Assembly: GCA_965140785.1 (NCBI GenBank)
Contig: OZ223514.1
Coordinates: 180,289-244,288, forward strand
Direction: 5' to 3'
Origin: an uncultured Ruficoccus sp.
Lineage (GTDB): Bacteria > Verrucomicrobiota > Verrucomicrobiia > Opitutales > Cerasicoccaceae
DNA length: 64,000 nucleotides
Shown here: one piece after another, positions 56,066 to 64,000 of the stretch
How the letters are laid out: each line of letters begins with the position of its first letter
Position numbering within the stretch: position 1 is the first letter of the stretch
Made by a program: the position numbers and the translations under genes
The notes under the pieces: generated by a model
The model's input: only the letters and a program-made list of their open reading frames with translations
What the model was told of the DNA's origin: nothing
The model's database searches: none

Positions 56066-56605
56066 TTATTCCTGTAAAACGAGGGTGTAGGCATTCGCGT
56101 CCACGACGCGGAATAAACCCGAGTTCAGGTTTCCGTCATCGAGCATCTCATCGACGTTTTTCATTTGTTCGTCGGTGACATTGGCGTTGCGCAGAGAGAT
56201 ACCGGCTATAATGCCGAAGACATTCTGCTCCCAGTCCCACGTACCGCCGACCGGAGTCGGATCTTCGAACTTGGCGGAGGAGATGTAGCCTTCCATTTCA
56301 TCCGGCAAAATGCCTTCAGTCACATCGGCGGGCCAGGAACCATTTTCCATCTCGTACGTGGTAAAGGCGGATTTGAACTGCCTGAAGCCGTTTAAAATCA
56401 ACGAATTTTGCGTTTGCTGGCGGACGTGATGAAAGGCGGCAATAACCATGGTGGCCAGCATACCGATAATTACGATGGCAATCATAATTTCGACCAAGGT
56501 GAATCCATGCCGGAGGCAAGGGACTCGAAAATGGGGTGCGCCGACCGCTCTACCGGGTAAGGAGGAGCTGCTGCGAGGCACACACGCTGTCCAGGAAGCA
56601 TTCAT
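56066..56605 (-). CDS. Type II/IV pilin-like protein (prepilin cleavage motif)
   Basis: G|FTLVEIMIAIVIIGMLA; short globular domain. Start uncertain. Confidence 0.8.
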   Translation of the reverse strand: MNASWTACVPRSSSSLPGRAVGAPHFRVPCLRHGFTLVEIMIAIVIIGMLATMVIAAFHHVRQQTQNSLILNGFRQFKSAFTTYEMENGSWPADVTEGILPDEMEGYISSAKFEDPTPVGGTWDWEQNVFGIIAGISLRNANVTDEQMKNVDEMLDDGNLNSGLFRVVDANAYTLVLQE

Positions 56606-56910
56606 TCGGGTGCAGGGGGAACGTGATCATGGAGTGTCAATATGCCGCAGGGTGGCTGGATGGGCGGGATTGGGGCTTAAAGATATCAGTATCTGAGTAA
56701 TACTCCTTAAGTATGGGCCTCAGGATGGAATAGACAAGTCCATAAGTCTCCCTTATTAGCTATGACGGGATACGATACGATGTATCCTGTAAGATTTTGC
56801 ACATCAACGGCTAGCGGTATGTCAAAATCTCGTTAATCCTACGTTGCCCTCGTCCGCGCGGGAGGCAACCGGCCTTGGCGTAGGGCTGGGGAGGGCCCTC
56901 AATGCACTTC

Positions 56911-57213
56911 TCAGGCTTCTTCGAACTTACGGGCGAACAGCTCTTCCAGTTCGCTCAGGAGTTCGTTGGCCTGGTCACCAGCCGCGATGAACTTAAGCTC
57001 AGAGCCCTGTCCGGCTGCCAGCATCATCAGGCCCATGATACTCTTACCGTTGATCTGGTCGCTGTCTTTCTCGACCCAGACTTCGACATTCTCGTACTTG
57101 TTGGCAATCCGTACGATCATGGCCGCAGGCCGCGCATGGATGCCCATTTTGTTCTGCACAATGAGAACACGGGTGACTTCGTTGCCGTTGCCAGCTCTGT
57201 CTTTCAAATCCAT
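56911..57213 (-). CDS. ptsH: HPr phosphocarrier protein
   Basis: GIHARPAA and NGKSIMGLMML motifs. Confidence 0.93.
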   Translation of the reverse strand: MDLKDRAGNGNEVTRVLIVQNKMGIHARPAAMIVRIANKYENVEVWVEKDSDQINGKSIMGLMMLAAGQGSELKFIAAGDQANELLSELEELFARKFEEA

Positions 57214-57386
57214 ATAAGGGGGCACTATTAGAGCGGAAGGCTCAACCATGTCAAGGAGAGGTGTCAAGTAAAGCTAATTCGTTGCCGGCGAACTATGCAA
57301 AGCCGTATCAACGGGATGAAAATAGCATTGCCCTGCGGAGGGGGGATGACAATCATCTGCTTTAAACACCCAACCCGTTTGATACC

Positions 57387-58232
57387 ATGTTCCTAAAAAC
57401 GTTTTTCTGCTCCCTTCTCACTCTTTCCTGCCTGGCGGTGCATGCCGATAATTACTTCGAGGCTGCCCAGGTCTGCACGATGCAGGGCCAGACCGAGGCT
57501 GCTAACCGCTACCAGCAGATGGACTTTACGCGCTTCGTGGCGGGCAACATTGGGCTCAATCTTACGTATGAGAACGCTGGGAATGCGACCATGAAGGGCT
57601 TTGCCTATTTCGACCTCGACCAGGATGGGCTGCGCGAGGCTCTCAAGCTCAAGGACGGCGAGCATGTGCTGTTTAGCTTCATGCTCCAGCAGGTCGTCGG
57701 GAAGCCCCGCGAGCTGCGCGTCGAGTTCATCGGCACGATCAAGGACAAGGATTCGGATAAGAGCCGGGCCCAGCAATTTCAGGCTAACCCCCTGCGCCAG
57801 GCCAACAATGTCCTCCAGCAGGGTGCCGAGCCCGGCTTGAAGGTTATCGACGCCACCAGTATCGTTGAGCATGACCTGAGCAAGCGTTGGCTGGTCATCC
57901 GCTTCGAGCAGGACGGCTACCGCATCGAAGACGGTCAGAACGACCTTTACCAGTTTAACGCGAACAACAGCTCGGTCCGGCTGACCGTGACCAGCAACAA
58001 GAAGCAGATCGACGCGGTCGAGAACCACTATCAGGCCGACGGCCTGGGCGGGATTCTCCCCGACATGAACACAAATATCCTGCCCGACATGTCGCAGAAG
58101 CCCGAGCCGAGCATGGACAAGAGCATCACGCCCGACATGAGCAGCGACCTGACGCCGGACATGAACCAGCAGAACATCCTTCCTGACATGGATACCCAGA
58201 ACATTATCCAGGATCAGAATAATCAGCAGTAG
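57387..58232 (+). CDS. Exported hypothetical protein with a C-terminal PDM-repeat tail
   Basis: Signal peptide; five (I/L)(L/T)PDM repeats. Confidence 0.75.
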   Translation: MFLKTFFCSLLTLSCLAVHADNYFEAAQVCTMQGQTEAANRYQQMDFTRFVAGNIGLNLTYENAGNATMKGFAYFDLDQDGLREALKLKDGEHVLFSFMLQQVVGKPRELRVEFIGTIKDKDSDKSRAQQFQANPLRQANNVLQQGAEPGLKVIDATSIVEHDLSKRWLVIRFEQDGYRIEDGQNDLYQFNANNSSVRLTVTSNKKQIDAVENHYQADGLGGILPDMNTNILPDMSQKPEPSMDKSITPDMSSDLTPDMNQQNILPDMDTQNIIQDQNNQQ

Positions 58233-58240
58233 GCGCGACG

Positions 58241-59179
58241 GTGCCCCCAGCCGAGTCAGCCGCCGCCGCTCCGGGTAGCCTGAGCGATGCTCAGATTGTT
58301 GAGGCGTTGCGCGCACGGCAGGGCCGCCCGCCGGGCGGCATGCGCAAGGGCTTGCTCATTCTGATCGGGTTTGCGCTCTTCGCGGCGGTCGGGTTGATCC
58401 CGGCGAGCCTGGATTACTTTTGCCTGCTGGCCGTGGCGGTACTGATTCACGACTTGGGGCACCTCTCCGCCATGAAGCGGTTCGGCTGCCAGGAGACCGA
58501 GCTGTTTGTGCTGCGTTTTTTTATTAAGCCGGTCCGATCCCTGCCCGGTGTCCAGTCGCCGGCGGTACGGGCGCAGATGGCGCTGGCCGGTGCCGTGGCC
58601 GGGGCAATGGGTATCTACACCGCACTGCTGCTGGTGACCTGGGTGGACTTCGCCTACATCCTGTGGTTTGTCTGGGCCTCCTGCCTGTTCAATGTCTATA
58701 ACCTGCTGCCCCTGCGCCCCCTCGATGGGGGATGGTTGCTTCAGAGCACGATTCTCGGTCGTCACCCGACCGTCGATTTGTGTGGCAAGTACCTGATCGT
58801 GGCCCTGTTGATCTACGCCTCCATGAGCAGCGGCTACTGGTTTGTCGCCCTCATCGCCGCCTTCCTGTTTATTTCGACGATCTTCTCCCACCCAGTGGCC
58901 AAGATCGCCTACAAGCTGCGGCAGGACCCGGCCTTTGCGGGCGCAGAGCTGACCGAGGAAAAAGTGGCCCGCATCCGGGAGGAAATCCGTGCCATCAACC
59001 CCTCCCTGGAGCCTTCCTCGAAAAACCCGAGCGCCCTGCCGAATTTCATCTGGAACATCTGGGAGAGCGCGAACCGGACCTATGCCCCGGCGAAGATCGC
59101 CGCAGGCACGCTGGCCGCCTACGTGGTGCTCCTGCTTCTTTTCGCCTACGCGTACTACCGGGTGGTGCTTGGGGCGTGA
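58241..59179 (+). CDS. Site-2 protease (M50)-like membrane protein with HDxxH variant
   Basis: IHDLGH and NLLPLRPLDGG motifs; multiple TM segments. Confidence 0.75.
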   Translation: MPPAESAAAAPGSLSDAQIVEALRARQGRPPGGMRKGLLILIGFALFAAVGLIPASLDYFCLLAVAVLIHDLGHLSAMKRFGCQETELFVLRFFIKPVRSLPGVQSPAVRAQMALAGAVAGAMGIYTALLLVTWVDFAYILWFVWASCLFNVYNLLPLRPLDGGWLLQSTILGRHPTVDLCGKYLIVALLIYASMSSGYWFVALIAAFLFISTIFSHPVAKIAYKLRQDPAFAGAELTEEKVARIREEIRAINPSLEPSSKNPSALPNFIWNIWESANRTYAPAKIAAGTLAAYVVLLLLFAYAYYRVVLGA

Positions 59180-59242
59180 GCGATCCGGGCGGCTGACGAC
59201 GGCGTCAGTTGCTGTTCTGCCGGATCAGCAAAATGCCGCCCG

Positions 59243-59980
59243 TCAGCGTCGTAGCATGAACCAGCGGGCCACTTTTTCCAAAAACGCCCCGAGGCCGACT
59301 TTCTCGTAGATGACTTCGCGCTCCAGGGTGCGTTCGCCCGTAGCGACGGTGGGCCGCTTGCGGGCATAGGCCCAGTTGTCCCGCTCCATGAAGTCCGTAT
59401 AATCCGGGTGCTGCTTGGCCAGCAGTTCATAGACTTTACGCACTTGCGGGAGGGTGCGTTCGTCCTCGGGCATGGCGCGGACCTCGGGGCTGTTGCGTAA
59501 CTTTGGGCTGAGCTGATAGGACCAGTCCAGATCGTCGAAGAGGATGAGCCCGTTGGGCTTGAGCAGGCGGTCCACCAGGAAGAATGCGAAGCCGTCGGTG
59601 TACCAGTCGTGGGCACCGTCAATATAACAGAAGTCGAAGCGCGGGGCGGGGTCTTCCTCCAGCAGGCGCATGAGACGCCAAATGTAGGATTTGGGCTCGT
59701 AGTAAATGGTTGCGAACTGGCGCAGGTCCAGTTTCTCCAGCAAGGTTTCAATATTGGGCTCAGCCTGCCGCGCGTCGGTGCGGTCGATGGTGGTGATGTG
59801 CCCGCCGCCTATTTCTTGAAGAGCCCCGGCCATGTAGCAGGTGGAGACCCCGTGCCGAAACCCGAGCTCCAGCAGGTTTTGATAGCGATTTTCTTTGATG
59901 ATATCCGTGACGATTTTCGCCTGATCAATGGACATGTTCGGGAGGTTGCCGACCACGCCGGATATTTGCTCAATTTTCAT
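59243..59980 (-). CDS. Class I SAM-dependent methyltransferase (Methyltransf_24-like)
   Basis: LELGFRHGVST, FDFCYIDGAH and LKPNGLILFDD motifs. Confidence 0.85.
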   Translation of the reverse strand: MKIEQISGVVGNLPNMSIDQAKIVTDIIKENRYQNLLELGFRHGVSTCYMAGALQEIGGGHITTIDRTDARQAEPNIETLLEKLDLRQFATIYYEPKSYIWRLMRLLEEDPAPRFDFCYIDGAHDWYTDGFAFFLVDRLLKPNGLILFDDLDWSYQLSPKLRNSPEVRAMPEDERTLPQVRKVYELLAKQHPDYTDFMERDNWAYARKRPTVATGERTLEREVIYEKVGLGAFLEKVARWFMLRR

Positions 59981-60309
59981 TGGAGATGGAGGTGCAGGTG
60001 CCGACTCGTTGCCTTTCACTGGGAGGGAGAAACGGGTCTGTCTTTTTCGGGCCTTCAGGCCAAAGAGGACTGCTCAGACGCTGAAATGGACCGGGGCGCA
60101 GGTCAATGTAAAAGCCCGGCAGATGTGAATCCTCCGCTGGCTCCGAGACCTCCGCAGGACTGGTTGAAGGGGCAATCTGTCGTGAACGGCCAAGCGATGC
60201 CCGGGCCGTTTTTCCATCGCCCCTGACTATCGATGAAGGCGGCAGGCAACCTCATCCGGTTGCCCGGCGGAAAAGCCGGGAAGTCTTTTCTTCAGGGTCG
60301 GAGAACCTT

Positions 60310-63540
<3,231 letters not shown>

Positions 63541-63633
63541 CTGGAAAATGTTTAACCGGGTACCCTTGCAGAATTTTGGCGGATGAAAAGCCTTTTCCGG
63601 GAAAGTCTGCACATGGGCAGGTCCGAACCGAGG

Positions 63634-64000
63634 CTAGCCCTCATTTTCAGCCGCTTGCAGGGTTTTTGAGATTTGGTTGAGACGGCTTTGGAGAAGGGGC
63701 AGGGAGATCATATAAAAGATCGTTGTGATAACGATCAGGAGAGCGTCGGGGGCACTCTTGAGGCCGAGGGAGCGGAGGTTCCCGGCGGCGCGGACGAGGC
63801 CGTAGCAGATCGTGGCGATGGCCAGGGTACCGAGCAGCAGGCCGGTCGGCATGAGCCAGCCCGGCAGCAGGTCCACCTGTGCCTCGACGGACTGATTGAC
63901 CCAGAATATCCCCGCTGCGAGCAGGGCCAGGTAAAGCAGGTACCAAAAACAGAACACCCCGATGAGCTTTTTGACGGGGGTTTGGCGTTCGCCGCCGAGG
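63634..64000 (-). CDS. Membrane protein, 5' end possibly beyond the window
   Basis: Three hydrophobic segments; ends LPLLQSRLNQI. Confidence 0.55.
   Translation of the reverse strand, partial: LGGERQTPVKKLIGVFCFWYLLYLALLAAGIFWVNQSVEAQVDLLPGWLMPTGLLLGTLAIATICYGLVRAAGNLRSLGLKSAPDALLIVITTIFYMISLPLLQSRLNQISKTLQAAENEG

Noticed and set aside
56041..56090. preQ1 riboswitch upstream of queE
   Set aside because: Only a 9-bp hairpin (56059-56085) overlapping the pilin stop codon; no preQ1 consensus or A-rich tail recognisable.

Overview
GC-rich bacterial chromosome segment. The PEP-CTERM proteins, prepilin/H-X9-DG proteins and A/C-rich leaders suggest Verrucomicrobiota, probably Opitutales (inference). 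Layout: (1) 1-3.8 kb, RND efflux pair. (2) 3.9-27.6 kb, polysaccharide-utilisation-like cluster (SGNH esterases, beta-helix and lyase-like proteins, GH39, two Gfo/Idh/MocA paralogues, a double AraC regulator, PEP-CTERM and pseudopilin genes). (3) About 28-47.8 kb, a mosaic accessory region ending at tRNA-Ala(CGC): a radical SAM fusion, an XRE switch, a second LacI/GH2/PEP-CTERM/prepilin module and DUF932 remnants. (4) 48-64 kb, housekeeping genes (ndk, ispF, ispD, pyrF, ispE, ptsI, queE, ptsH, carB). The most striking structure is at 42.8-46.5 kb. A HUH/Y1 (RAYT-like) transposase sits inside perfect 27-bp inverted repeats. Three exactly 74-bp miniature copies and two half copies of the same ends delimit four co-oriented AT-rich cassettes. 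Each cassette opens with an apparent 3' gene fragment followed by a small complete ORF, which looks like toxin C-terminus plus immunity gene. Two junctions carry 19-nt tandem duplications. This resembles an integron-like, HUH-driven gene-capture array. All family calls are from motif recognition by eye; no database searches were run.
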